Shown: positions 27,103-41,080, counted from the first letter of the whole stretch. The stretch: DNA of 63,652 nucleotides, filler included, from Bigelowiella natans CCMP2755 (GCA_000320545.1; 5 parts of 5 records of this genome joined end to end with filler, not necessarily neighbours in it), one strand, 5' to 3'. Translations and numbers: made by a program. Notes: generated from the sequence alone by a model not told the origin.

Positions 27103-27830
27103 GCTTGCATTTATTACGTGCGACTTGTTATAGGCACGAGAGAAGCTAGTCCTTACTCTTGCCGGGGACGATTCGAAGATCATACAGGGTACCTTTGCGT
27201 GTGCGTGGGTGTTTGTGAGTGAGTGAGTGAGAGAGGGGGAGGGGGGATAGGAGGAATTCAACCTCTTTGCGACGTGCAATATCAGGAAAGAAATACATTT
27301 AGACTGCTATCATCAATATTGAGAAACTTCATCGTAAAAAATCAATCTGTTGGAATACCGAATAAATATTTATTGTGCTATTTCCCCTTCTCCTCCTCAT
27401 TACATCAACAGGAGAGCTTGGCATTGCATTGGAAATAGGGGTAAGCTTAAAGGAAGGGGGGGGGGGGGGGTTAGGGAGGAGAGGTCGAAGAGGGTTTTTG
27501 GGGGAGTGATTTAAGACTACGCTGCTTTTTAGATCTCATCGTTGTTGCTATGAAAGCGTTTGAGTGAATGTACTTATACCTCGAGTTCTGCCTGAAAAAA
27601 ACGATTGATTTTTGCCAGAAAGCAAAGACAATCGATGTTAGCAATCGGGGAAGTTTCTTCCAATCGATTCCTGGAGTGATTATCCTTGCCCCTCCTCCCC
27701 CCCTCCTCCCGTTGCATTCCCCATTCGCCTGTTTTCATAGATTCCAGAGGGTGACAATGTGATCCAAGCTGCCCGGCAGAGAATCCGGGCTCTGGAAGCG
27801 ATTTGCGAGGAAAAGTCAAAGGAAGAGAAA
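19647..27830 (+). CDS. Large low-complexity hypothetical protein (coiled-coil and disordered; one SH3-like barrel motif), many exons
   Basis: Consecutive plus-strand exons with GT-AG borders (e.g. 20798-21600, 21770-22410, 23250-23836, 25700-25750, 26000-26350, 26760-26833). Motif VVLVGLSSKAPAFDGRVGRV...GRIPV...YVKPENL. Both ends are uncertain and it may be more than one gene. Confidence 0.45.
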
Positions 27831-27942
27831 AAAAAACTGCTGGTGAGACTTTTGGCTTTTGTCATGCAAACTACCCTAATGCCTGCGTATATGCGATTGG
27901 CTTCTTACTAAGTGCTGCTGCTGCTGTTGTGTCCTTCCCTCC

Positions 27943-27976
<34 letters not shown>

Positions 27977-28304
27977 CCTGTGTGTGTGTGTGCGCGCACG
28001 CGCCCAACTATTTGTTTCTTGCTTTCTCTCTGCTCTGTAATAATCTTTTGATTTTGCATTCGCGACTTGTTTTGTGATACGCGTTTGACCGACTTCGTTG
28101 GACATTCTCGCCAATCTTCCATGGTTCGGGCATCACGGTACATGCTGTGCTTCTCTTCAACAGAAGGCAAAACTCGAAAAGGTCACTATGAGCACGGGAG
28201 CGCATCGTCCACGGATATAGCCGCGCGCGTTTGCATGTGCCTTTTGCGCGGCGTCCCTATTGAGCGATTCGTGGAAATAAAACGTAATACATCAATCGAA
28301 AACG

Positions 28305-28404
28305 NNNNNNNNNNNNNNNNNNNNNNNNNNNNNNNNNNNNNNNNNNNNTTAATTAATTAANNNNNNNNNNNNNNNNNNNNNNNNNNNNNNNNNNNNNNNN
28401 NNNN
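28305..28404. other. Assembly gap with artificial six-frame-stop linker
   Basis: 100 nt of N with TTAATTAATTAA at 28349-28360. Confidence 0.97.
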
Positions 28405-28628
28405 ACCGGCAGTGGTGTGGATGATGACGTCCTTCAGTTCATGGTATTGCAACCTCCCATTCAGGTCCTAGAGTATGGAGGGAGGGGGGGGGGGGGGGGG
28501 ACCTGAGGTTGGGAAAAATGATCTCGTCTGCGTTTTGGCGATAGTTTGTATGAAAAAAAGATTAAGGGGGGAAGGTGGAGGATGCCAGTGGGAGTGGAGA
28601 GAGAGTAAAGAGGAGCCCGAGGGGGTAA

Positions 28629-28673
<45 letters not shown>

Positions 28674-28745
28674 AGAGAGAGAAAGAGAGCAACAGGAGCA
28701 GCGAAAGCGGAGGAAAAAAAAAAGAAAAATGAGAATGAGAGGAAA

Positions 28746-28789
<44 letters not shown>

Positions 28790-29672
28790 AGAGAAAGAGA
28801 AAGAAAGAGAGAGGAGAGGAACGCAAACGAGAGTTTCAACAAAGCAAGAACTATAAACACGAAAAGCAGCAGCAGCCAGCAGCAGCATCATCAGCAGCAG
28901 CCGCACATGATAAATGAACCTTGTCGAAGCGCTGGAAGATCTGATTGGACATTTCCACTTCACTTAAGGGTTTCGAGTAGCTAAAGGTGGGTCCATAGTT
29001 GAGGCTCACTTTCAGCTCAGCACCTGCCAGGCTAACGCTAGGATATATCATCTCCTTGCCCTCTGAAAATGAAGGCAGCTTGTGCGCAACACCCATATGA
29101 ACGCCATTCCACGTGTAGAAGGCAGTCCCGGCTTGCTCGTCGATGCCGACACCTAAAACATCGCCGCTGCGCCAAGTGTGCAGGCTCGGCCGCGAGCGGC
29201 CATCCTTATGCGAGCGGAGATCGTCACTATGAATGCCAAAGCTGCCCTTATCCAGTCCGATAAGCATATTCGCGTTTGCAGTTTTCGGAGCGTACCCCAC
29301 GGCTGCCACTCCATTGAGCAAGGAATCATCACTCACTCCCCATCCATTTATACTTCCTGCAGCTCCTTCTCCCTTTCTTCCAACGTTTTGGATTACAACC
29401 TCAAAGTACTTTGAACCCCGGGCCATCTGCAGCATGGCAGGTTTGCCGTTGGGGATGTAGCTGTATGTGTAAGGGCCTTGCTGCATGAGGTTGCCAAAGG
29501 CCCGCACCATGTTCGGATGAGGGGAAGGAAGTAGGAGGGAATCTACAATGTGGCAATCTGGTTTACCACCTGAGTCAGCAAGGATGATGGGTGAGGTCCA
29601 AGAGAATAATGGCATGGGGTTAGCATAGAGAGGAAGATAAGGCGAGAAGAAAGCTTCCACAATTTCATGCAT
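28405..29672 (-). CDS. SPRY-domain protein followed by an EF-hand, 3'-truncated by the gap; 5' exons unresolved
   Basis: SPRY motifs KYFEVVI...VAAVGY...GSFGIHSDD...GDVLGVGID...AFYTWNG...IYPSVSL...LNYG. IFQRFDK splices to DLNGRLQYHELKDVI (about 28468-28405), giving a canonical 12-residue EF loop DKDLNGRLQYHE. Confidence 0.85.
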
Positions 29673-31239
29673 AAGCTAGCCCTAGTATCCAACCTTTATT
29701 GATGCAGATTGTCCTTTCGATCAGCTTTTCACTCCTCTTAATTTCTTCGAAGGGAAATATTTTGATCGAGGCGGCCTCCAATCTCGGTAAGTAGAGGGCT
29801 TGGAAAAAGATCATAGCAACGGAGAGGGGGAGATGCATGTTTATAATTTTCCTCTTGATGTATTCCTTTACGTTTCTTTCTGTGGGAGTTTGATTGGCAG
29901 TCGTCCCTCTAGTTTTCAGCTGTCAAGGATTCTATCGCCTTCTGAGTGCTTCCTGAATGCACACATGAAAGATGCCACGAGTCAACATCAGCAGCCACAT
30001 GTAAAAGAGCATGGACAAACATGGAAGATCATCTTACAATATACTTATGAATTTATCAGGTGGAGGTTGGAGCCTCCAAGACTCACCTTGAGGGTGGGTG
30101 CGAGTTGAATCGAAGAATGAGCAATGGTAGGCCAAGTTAACCAGTTTTCCTCGCACGCTCTCTACCCAGCTCGAGCAAGAGCATCAGACAGCCTTGATCC
30201 CTGCAAAATTACCGATCTTTTACATAACTGCGTCAACAATCTTCATTTGACTTAGGGATGAAATTACCCCCTTTTCAGAAAATCAGTCTTGAGTTTCTGC
30301 CATTTGAAAGTTGAGAAGAATGGACATGTGACAATTAATCCGGTATTTATCCGCCATTAGCGGGCATTCAATTCAGAAGGGTTTTTTATTCTTTTTATGG
30401 CACGAAGTTTATGTCGTATATCAATAACATACTGCAATGATGACTATTTTTTTAAATACTAACGCTGCTTGCTCACCGAAGTTTTAAGTTTTTGCTTGAT
30501 GGCTCCTGCCGAGAAAGAAAGTTACCTTGGTAGTAGAAGTTTGTAGAACTGCAATGCAGGCGAAATACCATCTAATACAAAAAAATGTTCTCTAAAACAA
30601 AGGCCATTTTCACTCATAAATAGAACGATTTCAAAGATAACGGCATTGATTTTATCGTAGTATTGTAAAAAATCGGGTATTGACTGAGACACATTTGGGG
30701 CCGAATGGGATCGAGGGATCGGTTTTCAAATTCGAAATAGCAAATTAAACAGCAAATTATGACCGTTTCCGAACAAAAAATTAAAAAAAAAAACCTATGT
30801 CTATGTCAGGATTAAATTTTCGGTAGCAAAAATAGATCATGAATATCATGCTTTCTTGTAGTACGACAACTATTCAGTTTCAAATTGAAGTACGAAAGGC
30901 GGTGAATGGGGGCCTTCCTGTTCGCCGGTGTGATCAATCTACAAATAAACCTCGGTAGAAAGAGCATCACCCTACGGTAATAAAGGCTGTCCATTTTCTC
31001 CTTATGTTGGCCTCTCACTAGGCATGAATGCTCTCACGAATAATAACGAAGGAGATAATGATTCTGTTTTGTTCAGCAGTGAATGTATGCTCTCATGTTT
31101 TTCCATATTTTCGACAACCCTTTCTTCTCCTCTCATCGGTCTTCTTTTCTATCATTCTGGCTGTCCGTCAGTCTATCGACCTACTAGCTGTGTACCTAAT
31201 TCAAACACATTTAATAATCAGTGAACTGTATGTAAATAT

Positions 31240-32739
31240 TAGGTCCCAAACCAAAGCCAGATCCTTTACTGATGAATAACTTATGAGAGCAGCGAAGCGC
31301 AATGGAGGTGCGTTTCGGCTTCCGAGGATTCAAAACTACCAGAATCTTTGTCACTAGGAATACATTTATTCTTTCTTCAATTACTTTCTCATCGATGCCC
31401 CTTAGGAATACAAGCGAAAAGCAGCCGAAAAGTACCGTATCAGAAAGGAGGCCTTGAGGCAAAATGGAGATACTTCTGTTGAGCATGAGGTGAAAGTCGA
31501 AAGTCGGAACAAGCCGATCGAGGGAAATAATCTGAATGGGATAAGTGCAGATGAACAAATATGTACAGCGAAATTACCTAACGACGTCCCTCCGGACGGC
31601 CAGAAGCGGTCCACTGGAGTCACAGAAGATATTGATATCAAAACCTCAGTGAGTAAGAGTCAAGATGGAGCTGATTTTAGGCTAGCTACCTCCGAGCAGC
31701 AAAAGCAGATATTATCTAGACTGCAAGAGGTTCGGTGAAATGAAGCTGTCGCCTTCGAAAGGAAATCCGAGCCACAATCGTGATTAAATTCGTGATTGTA
31801 TGCAGGCACAGGATCTTATGCTGAAAAGAGACTCTACGAGAAATGATTCTCAAAGTTCTAAAAGCTTTGCTCCAATTTCAAAAGAAATGAAAACGTTAAT
31901 GATAAAAAAAAGAGCGGAGCTATTTCAGATGGCAATGAAGGTTTTGCAATTCTACTCAATATTTAGTTCATCTTGCTAGTCTGTGATGCTTTGAGTCTAT
32001 AGGAAAGGTCGAGAAGACTGGCACAATTTCCGAAAGCTCCGCGTCTATTCACAGGGGCTGCGAACTATGACTTGACGTGGTTTCGAACAACGTACTTATA
32101 TATTCTTCATCGTATAAGTTTCTTCAAATTCTTGGATAATCTCTCAGATATGAAGAGGAATTTGACTCCGACTCTGATGAGATGTTCTATAACAAACTCG
32201 AAAACAACGGGAAAAGGTAGCTGCAACTTAGTAAAACCTCGCCTTACTACCCTTACAGGACACGAAATATTGATTCTTTGGATTGCTGCGGACTAAAATT
32301 TAATTCCGCGAATCCTCTGTAGATCGGTGTGGTCCATGATCCCTGACATCAAGATCGATGCCAATTTTCTCTCGAAACTTTGCAAGGTTGAGAATTTTCC
32401 TGCACCACTGAACAGCTCCTTCCAGAAATCATGACGATTATTGAATACATTAAGGATCCGGTTTGTGCGATTTGCCTGGATATCCTGCGGGAGAAGGAAG
32501 AGATTAAAGCGATTCAGTGCGGGCACATATTCCACAAGGAATGCTGCAAACCTTGGTTTCACAAGAAGGACACGGTACAGCAAGATACTGTCGTTTCTGT
32601 CGTTTAACGGAGTCTAAGTTCTCTCGATACTCTGCATATCTTTTGTCAGTGTCCCCTATGTCGGCAGTGTGCATGGAAGGACAAAAACGTAGCCCTAAAC
32701 GCTTTCGAAGGCGAGCGTGAACGCATCATACCCAATTAG
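31240..32739 (+). CDS. RING-H2 finger protein (putative E3 ubiquitin ligase), multi-exon; 5' end uncertain
   Basis: CAICLDILREKEEIKAIQCGHIFHKECCKPWFHKKDT|CPLCRQ gives C-x2-C...C-x-H-x2-H-x2-C...C-x2-C. Stop TAG at 32737-32739. Confidence 0.85.
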
Positions 32740-33146
32740 GACTCATATTCTACATCTTCTTTAAGCCTAGCTGCCTCTTGCTTGGCTCCGATCTGCGCAC
32801 GCCATGTTCCATTTAGTACGCATACGTGAGATACGAAGGCTTCCCGATTTTCTCATGGATAGAGTACGTACATCGCATTGGAAGAGGGGTCCTTTCTAGA
32901 GCGCATCGCATATGTGTCACATGTACGGCACTAGGGCAGCAAGTGCGCACATGCAGTGTGCACATATGTACATGTGATGCTGTGCATGCATGATGAAGAT
33001 CAGAATAAATGAAAACACATTGCACCCATATCGATTAATCCGTCGGCCGGCGATGCGTGTATCTAATACATTATGTTGCTATGACTTACATGGCATGCCC
33101 TTGGCTAGATACGATGCAAGCAACACAGCAACAAATGTCTAGATGT

Positions 33147-33184
<38 letters not shown>

Positions 33185-33433
33185 ACGTGTAAAATCAAAG
33201 TTATTTCTCATTGTTATTATGCTAACATATGTACATTGCAACTTTTGAATACTTGCAGCACTTGCTAATAATACAAGGTATCTGATCTGTAGCTATCGGA
33301 CAGCTTGCTCGTCTCCTGGGCTGTGTTTTCGACTATAGGCTATTCTAACGTTCACATGCGGGCACACATCTGCACGCGTACACTAATAATGTTAATTTCG
33401 CTCTGACTAACACACCATCACAATAAATGATAC

Positions 33434-33967
33434 TTATTTCTTCTTTTTTGCTCTTCTCTTCACAGTGACAATTTTCCATGTCACATACTGTTGCGATGAC
33501 TTATTCTCATCACAGCTAAGTGCTTCATTGAACAATTCTAAGTCCCCCCCTGCCTTGGGACCAAGCCCACAGGACAACACTCCATCCTCGGGCTTGTGGA
33601 ATCTCTTGAAAAGATCGTCAATCAGAGCTGTAGGGGCATCAAACTCAACCACAGTTGTCGGGTTTGTGTTGACTTTCTTGTGCCCCTTCAGGTACTTTTC
33701 CGAATAAATCCGTCCAGGTTCACCACGAATAATAGCCTGATAAGGCTGGGTGTCTGGAAGCTGATTATTCTCCCTAAGATAGCTCAACTCCGCATCACCC
33801 ATGGGACGGTAGACGAGCGTCCGCCCTTTGCCGGCAGATTTGGATTTAGCTTCGAGCCAAATAGAGGAGGACTGTGAGTGAGACACATTGCGTAGCTTCC
33901 CCTGCTCCAACAAAGCCTTCTCGTGAGGCAAGAGCTTCGGTTTCGAATGTTTTCTCACTTTGCGCAT
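33434..33967 (-). CDS. Hypothetical protein resembling bacterial polymorphic-toxin (ADP-ribosyltransferase-like) C-terminal domains
   Basis: Uninterrupted 177-aa ORF with globular composition: LVYRPMGDAEL...LPDTQPYQ...YSEKYL...VVEFDAP...KPEDGVLSCGLG...LELFNEAL. Family assignment is from recalled motif similarity only. An in-frame acceptor at 34005-34004 allows an extra upstream exon. Confidence 0.6.
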   Translation of the reverse strand: MRKVRKHSKPKLLPHEKALLEQGKLRNVSHSQSSSIWLEAKSKSAGKGRTLVYRPMGDAELSYLRENNQLPDTQPYQAIIRGEPGRIYSEKYLKGHKKVNTNPTTVVEFDAPTALIDDLFKRFHKPEDGVLSCGLGPKAGGDLELFNEALSCDENKSSQQYVTWKIVTVKRRAKKKK

Positions 33968-34573
33968 GTAATCTTGAGTTGGGTTTTGGGCCGGAGAACG
34001 ATACTACAAAGAATGTTCCACGAAACTTCGGCAAGTCAAGCGTCATTGCTCACTAAAGTAGTAGATATTTTCGGGTAATAAAAAAATGCAAACGAGCACC
34101 TCCTAGCAACACAAATAACAACCAGCGTAGTGAGTCGACCGTCCTTCTCCTTCGGCACACCGCCGAAAATCCCCCCCAGACCGAAGTGAGACAAGGGTTC
34201 AAGCTTGTTTTTGTGCAGAAATCACCTTTGTTACATGAGAGGATCGCGTTTGCAGAGGAGCACTCAAAGCACCGAGTTGGGCAAAAATTTTGCAGATGTT
34301 CTTGGCTGATGTCAGAATTGTTGATGCAGCGTAGAAATGACATTTTTTGGACTGAAATCTTAGCGAGAAACTTCCAAACTTTGAAACCACCATGGCACTT
34401 AAGTTTCATACGAGCACCGCCCTCCCGCGTTGTTACCGTTGACGGGAACGAAACGCCGTCCTGTTCGGGGGAGGAGGGGAGATCCTGCTGTTCGACGAGA
34501 AGAAGAACAGCGGTAGGAAATGTGCAAGCGCTGAGCCGCAAGGAGAAAGTTTCTTGCGGTGGGCAGAAGGGAG

Positions 34574-34969
34574 ATGGGAACGCATGATAGTGGGCAGCAG
34601 AACATGGCCAACGACGGTTATAGGACAGCAAAATATGCTGCCTTTATGCTCGTCTTTGCATCCATTGTGGTCCTACAACTGCTCACACATGGTGATACGA
34701 GTCATCGTCAATGCCTCCTCCCCTCCCCTTCCCCTCCGGAGCAAACACAACCTGTAGTAGCAGCCGACGAAAGCGGTAGTCCGGCGCGGAAATACTCTCC
34801 ATCTCCGCTAACTCGAGCATCCGAAGTAAGAGTCAATTCCCGGGGTTTTGGTGAGGATCATCCTGTAGATCCTAAGAAGCTTGAAAGAAAGGAGAAGAGC
34901 AAGGAGACGACATCGATGCTGCAGGAACTCACTGCTACTGGCGAGGAGGATAGGGAAGAAGGAGAAGAG

Positions 34970-35000
<31 letters not shown>

Positions 35001-35118
35001 AAGAAGATAAGGAAACGGTGCCTACTCCCTGCCCTTTCTCCTTTGTCTTCCATTTTTCTTTTCAACCCAAATATTACATCCACACACACATTTTCTATGT
35101 ATATAAATCTACACAAAA

Positions 35119-35161
<43 letters not shown>

Positions 35162-35425
35162 ATATTGATATTTATTATATGCGACATTTGTTGTATAATC
35201 GTACTAAAAATAGCATGCCTTTGTCTATGGCCTTGCTCTCTGCCTAGGTTGACAGTCGTTGGGAAGCGGAACGACGTCGCCTCATTAAGCAAAGGAAAGG
35301 AACTATCGGAGATGATGAGGAAAAAAGAGCTAAATTCAGGTCAACGTTGCTGCAGTATTTTCAAGTTTACAGACAACAACAACAACACACACACACACAG
35401 AGAGAGAGATATATATAAATATATA

Positions 35426-35466
<41 letters not shown>

Positions 35467-36387
35467 TTATATTTAATATGCCAGGTTTCTACGTCAGAAG
35501 AGGCGCGAAGAGCGTGAAGCTCTGGACGCGGAACGAAGAAAGTTTCGAGAGAAGTACCGAGGAACAGAAAAGACTCCGGCCCTATTTCACAGAAAGAAGT
35601 TTAGAGACCTGGTGCACGACCTCGAAAACAGGTTATCTTCATCATTCTCTCTTCGTGCATGTTTCTTGCCCCTCGGTGTGCTCTCCTCCTCCTCTCCTCA
35701 GCGCATACGCGTTGTTCCTCAGGTATGGGCAGGAGGACAAGCCCGGCCCTGCCTCTTCTTCTTCTTCATCATCGAGGGAGGCCGGTGGTCGAATCGCCAG
35801 CTCGGCGAAGAAGCAGAACGACGAGAAACGGAGCGCGGGGAAGGCTAGGGAATCAGCATCGTCGCGAACAAGTGTTAACGACGATGATGGCAATGGTGTA
35901 GAAGGGTCGGAGGATGACGAGTCGTATAACACCGGCGCACGAAGTAAAGGAACAGCTTCGGCCACTACTAGACGTGAGTGCTCTACTACTCTATCGCTTT
36001 TCCCCCTCTCCGACCCCCCCTATTCTTTTAAAAAAAAACTAAATGCCTCCCGCACACATAGCGAGCATCGATAGCAATGGTATCATCTAAGGCTGACATG
36101 CACATACTTTAAATCTCCGCGCGACAATCAGAAGATGGAAGTGGAAAGCGCGTAACGGAGGCAGAACAAGGGGAAAGGGGGGACAACGAGAAAAAGAAGA
36201 AGAGGGGGAAGCATCGTCATCGTCGTCGTCGCCATAGGCATCGTCATCGGCGGAGCAGCACAGATAGACATCGAAGGGAAGATCCATTCGGTCAAGTAGG
36301 AGGAGACTCTGGCGGGGGGGACGCCATCTTCGGGAAGAAGCGCAGCCGCAGGTATATTGCGGACCTCAACCTCTGGTAAGTGAATGA

Positions 36388-36425
<38 letters not shown>

Positions 36426-36505
36426 TGCCCCAACATGTAGAAGAGTGAAATGGAAGAAGAGGGCCGAGAAGAATCAACAGCAGCACGCACAAACACGCAC
36501 AAACT

Positions 36506-36549
<44 letters not shown>

Positions 36550-37395
36550 CTGTCCTCCGATTACATGCCTTACCTTGGGCGGCTACGAAGAGCACGGGAC
36601 TGGTGGGGGAATGCTACAGCTTCTCTCGTACGCGTGGTGACGACTCTGTGGGCTGCTCGCAACATGGGGCCAGAATTCCCAAATGCGTGGATTTCAGCAG
36701 CAGAAGGTTGTAGTTGCAGTAGTAGTCGTAGTAGTAGTAGTAGTAGTAGTAGTAAGTAAGTAATATACGCGGTGGTGATGGAAGCAGTAATTCGTAATGG
36801 TAGGCTGGGAGGATATTAAGCAGTAGCGTCGATATAATGAGAATGATGGTGATGATGATGATGATGATGATGACGGACGACGACAAACAAGTATGAAGTG
36901 GGTGGTAGACTTCCCCCCCCCCCCCTCCCCTATGTCATCCTCCCCTCCCCTTCTCCCATCAAAGACCGACCGAAAGAATATCCCGAACGTTCTACAGGTA
37001 CAACCCCGGCCCTGCAGTGGCTCGATGGTTATCTTGCAAAGGGGGGCCTGGGAGAGGGGCGCGTGCGCGAGGATGGAGAAGCAGCCATCGTAAGGCACGT
37101 TTACGCCTCCCTGATCAAAGGATGGCAAATGCCTCGAGGAGAAGAGATGGTGGGGGGGGCACCGTTCCTTTCGCGCTCCTCGGATGATGATTCCAGGGAG
37201 GCAGCCGGCAGTCAAAGCAGGGGGAGTCACTTGAGAAGGGAGGGGGGAAGGGAAGAGGAAGACCTTGTCAGATCACGACAACGGCAATCGCTGCGGCGGC
37301 AGGAGATCCAGAATCAAGGGCTGCCTTTACCGCCCCCCATCGGGGACTGCGCGGGTAGTTATGTGCGTGTGTGTGTTGCGCGCGAGCGCGCGCGC

Positions 37396-37431
<36 letters not shown>

Positions 37432-37661
37432 CCGTGAGTTCTGCTCTCTCTCCGCAAGTAGGAGAGTATTCCTTCAGTGAAGAGGGAGAGGGGGGAGGCG
37501 TGACCTTCACCTCACCCTTCGATTCGGCGGCTAGCCTTCTAATGCCGTCGCAGTGTGAGGCGGCATCGGAGAGGAGGGCACGACGGTTGCAGGAGAAGCA
37601 GGTAATACACCCTACCAGCACGCCATCGTTGTTACTGTAGCTGTCATTGGTTTGTCTCCGG

Positions 37662-37696
<35 letters not shown>

Positions 37697-38635
37697 GGTG
37701 GCATTCCTTCTTCCCGTCTCAATCATCCCGCAGGAGGACTGGCGTCTTCGCAATGCCTCTCGCTGGCCAGGTGCAGTGGTTGCAGCGCTGCGGCGGGCGG
37801 GCGACGAGGAGGGTTCATGGGGGGGGGGGGGAGGGGCGCATGGCAGCGGTGATCGTCGTGCTAGCGTTGCGGCATCAACAAGAAGAGCAGCAGCAGCCTC
37901 TGTTCTGAAAGAGCGACTAGGACTTGATTCTCTTCCCCCACTCTCCCCCTCCGCGGCCCGCTCTCGCTCTTCGTCGCCACAAACGACGAGGAGATCGTCG
38001 TCGTCATCGCCATCACTTCGGGAGGGGGGGGAGGCGGAATGGATGGCTGGACCCGACCACGACCACGACGGCGATGGGAGGAAAGAAGGAGAAGAACCAG
38101 GGATAAAAGCTGCTGCTGCAGCAGCAGCCGCACCATCAGAATCGGTGCTACGGCTCTTAGTATCCGGGAACGTCAGCTTGCCAGAACTTGTGAGACAGCT
38201 CGAAGCCACGGCGTGCGCCCCCAACAACACCTTCCTCATCGACGACTTCCGACTGCTCGGGGGGCAGGGGGGAGGGCAGGTACTGCTGCGCTGATAGCAT
38301 GTGTTTGCACGTGTGCATATTGTCGGAGGGATCATACAATTGTTCCCGCCCTGATGATTTTGCGCCACAGGTCCGCGGGGCTGCCCCCCCCCCCCCTGCT
38401 ACCTTTGCTGTGGTCGAATTGAGCGAGATGTGCATGTCGGCGGCGGCTGCGAGCGGTGATGGCACGGAGGAGAACCACGCCTACATCCACCGCTTGTATA
38501 AGGAGCTCAAGAAACAGAAGGGGGGGGAGGCTGCTGCTGGCAACATGTAAGTCAGATTGGAGCAAAATCGTCTGTGCGTGTGCGTGTGCGTGTGCGTGTG
38601 CGTGTGTATGCGGATGAAAGAAAGACTGACGGAGA

Positions 38636-38686
<51 letters not shown>

Positions 38687-39209
38687 AGGAAAGAAAAAGG
38701 AAGAGGACAGAGGAGGAGGAGGAGCTAGGAGATTCGAGCCCGCCCCGTAGTTTCCCGCAATCGCCTTTTCTCTCCACACGATAATACAATTAGCAGTGGC
38801 CTTTGTTACTTGACCGGGATTGTTGTATTTGCGTATGTAGGGTGCATGCTGTGCTGGGAGGCTGCCCTCTCGCGAGGCACATCCCGCTCAATGGAACGAC
38901 GACGAGGAATAGCAGCAGAAAGAGCGGGAACCACGACAGGTCGGAACGCGGTTTGCAGCGTGATGATGATGATGATGACGATGATGGTGACGATAATGAT
39001 CATTATCATCCTGATAGTCAATAATCATACGCAGGGGGTTGATGATGGAGAGCGGCGAAGGGGCGCATTCTTCGGTGCTACCGCTGGCGCTTCTGCGGCC
39101 GCTGCTTTGGGTAGGGCGCCTCGCCGATTAGTAGAGCTGCTGGTGATGATTTATTCAAACTGCGTGTTTGGTATTTTCGCACAATGAGGATGCTTAACGT
39201 AGCTATACT

Positions 39210-39258
<49 letters not shown>

Positions 39259-40069
39259 CCCCTTTAACCCCGCCCCAATACGCTAAAAGGTGGGATTTGG
39301 TTTGGACGGGCAACGGCGCGACTTCTGGCTCGAGCTCCTTGGCAAGAATAGCGGGAAGAAGAAGGCGAGGGCCGAGCTCACACATGACGGCGATGCAAAC
39401 CCCACCGACAGCACGAAGAAGATGCGGAATGAAACGAGTGGAGAGACGCCGAGCAACAGACACGATGGCAAGGATGATGATGGTGATGATGATGATGATG
39501 AGGAAGAGGAGGAGGAGGAGGAGGAGGAGGATACCGGCAATGATATAGACGATGCCGAGGCCGGCGACCGACTTTTAGAACCGATGATAGAGCAGATGAT
39601 TCGCACCAGTCCTCGACATTGGATGAAGGCGCTATGGTAGCAGCAGCAGTAGCAGCAGCAGCAGTAGCAGTAGTAGGATAAAATGGTTAAAATGCGACCT
39701 GCAGCTTCTTCTGCGTAACGCACCATAAGCCTCTTCAGCAGCAGATGCTGCAAAGCTCCCAAAACGCGCCTTACACACACACGCTTATATACACACACAC
39801 ACACACAGAAAACATATACGTGCGGAAAATCTTCACCTTCAGTCTTACCCTCCCGTTGTAACCTTCTTTTCTCCTCGCCAGGCAATGCTTTGAGCACTTC
39901 GCCAACTTCCTCGGCCGGGACCTCTACACGCAGTATGCACACCTCGTCCCCGGCCCATTTAGCAGCAGCGCCATCCAGATGTTTTCCCGACTGAAAGCGC
40001 CCCCGTCGCGTGGGTGGCCGCTACACATCGCCGAATTCCGCCCAAAGACTAAGGGCCACAACGAAGCCA

Positions 40070-40119
<50 letters not shown>

Positions 40120-40240
40120 CTGTGTGTGTGTGTGTGCATGCAAGCAAGCCACCGCATACGCACACAGAGAATAAGAGGAAGAGAAAGATAGGGAGAAACA
40201 TATGATCGAGTTTAACGTAGAGCACACAATCTCGATGCGA

Positions 40241-40281
<41 letters not shown>

Positions 40282-40624
40282 TATATAAATTGAGTTGATC
40301 CCCAACCGTCGGCACCAGAACTTATTTCTCCCACCCGCACCCCCCACCCCCACCAGGACGTCGAGATGCTGTCGCGGCGTCTCTCTGCCTGCACGCTCAT
40401 GCACAAGGGCGATCCCCGAGCCCATGTCCTTGGGGAGGGGGGGAGGGCGGCGGCATATGATTCTTCCAAATATCATATTCTGGACGGCTATCAGGACGAT
40501 GCTGCTGACGGGGGAGGCGGGGCCGGCATGGAAGGGGTCTGGATACCGTCGCCCGTTGCTCGCAGGGGAATGATGAAAATCGATCGAAGTGGACGCGCAC
40601 CGCGGTGTGGAACATACACAGACG

Positions 40625-40657
<33 letters not shown>

Positions 40658-40686
40658 CACACAACACAAATACACAAACAGAAGAG

Positions 40687-40727
<41 letters not shown>

Positions 40728-41045
40728 AAGACGTACATCATGCACTGAATCATCACGTGTGTGCTGTGCCGCCCAAATCAACAAACTCAACCCGCAGGAA
40801 GGACTCGCTACGGAGACTGGTAGCTCGGGCAGGGGATGGCTACATCCAGAGTCTTTTCCTCAACCAAATTCGTAGCCGCGGTGTCCATGACCGCTCGTTC
40901 CCCCACTCGTTCAGCACGCCTCACAGCACCCTGCCGATGTTTCCTCGAGGTAGGACTACGCCAAAGTTTGGCAGATATATGTCGTTGCTGCGGTCGGGGG
41001 TTGATGAATTTGCAGCCGCAGCACGAATAAAAATACATATGTATT

Positions 41046-41080
<35 letters not shown>

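Noticed and set aside
34053-34631. Overlapping 192-aa (-) and 133-aa (+) ORFs between divergent genes
   Set aside because: No recognisable motif. Part may be a 5' exon of the toxin-like gene, but this cannot be supported from sequence alone.
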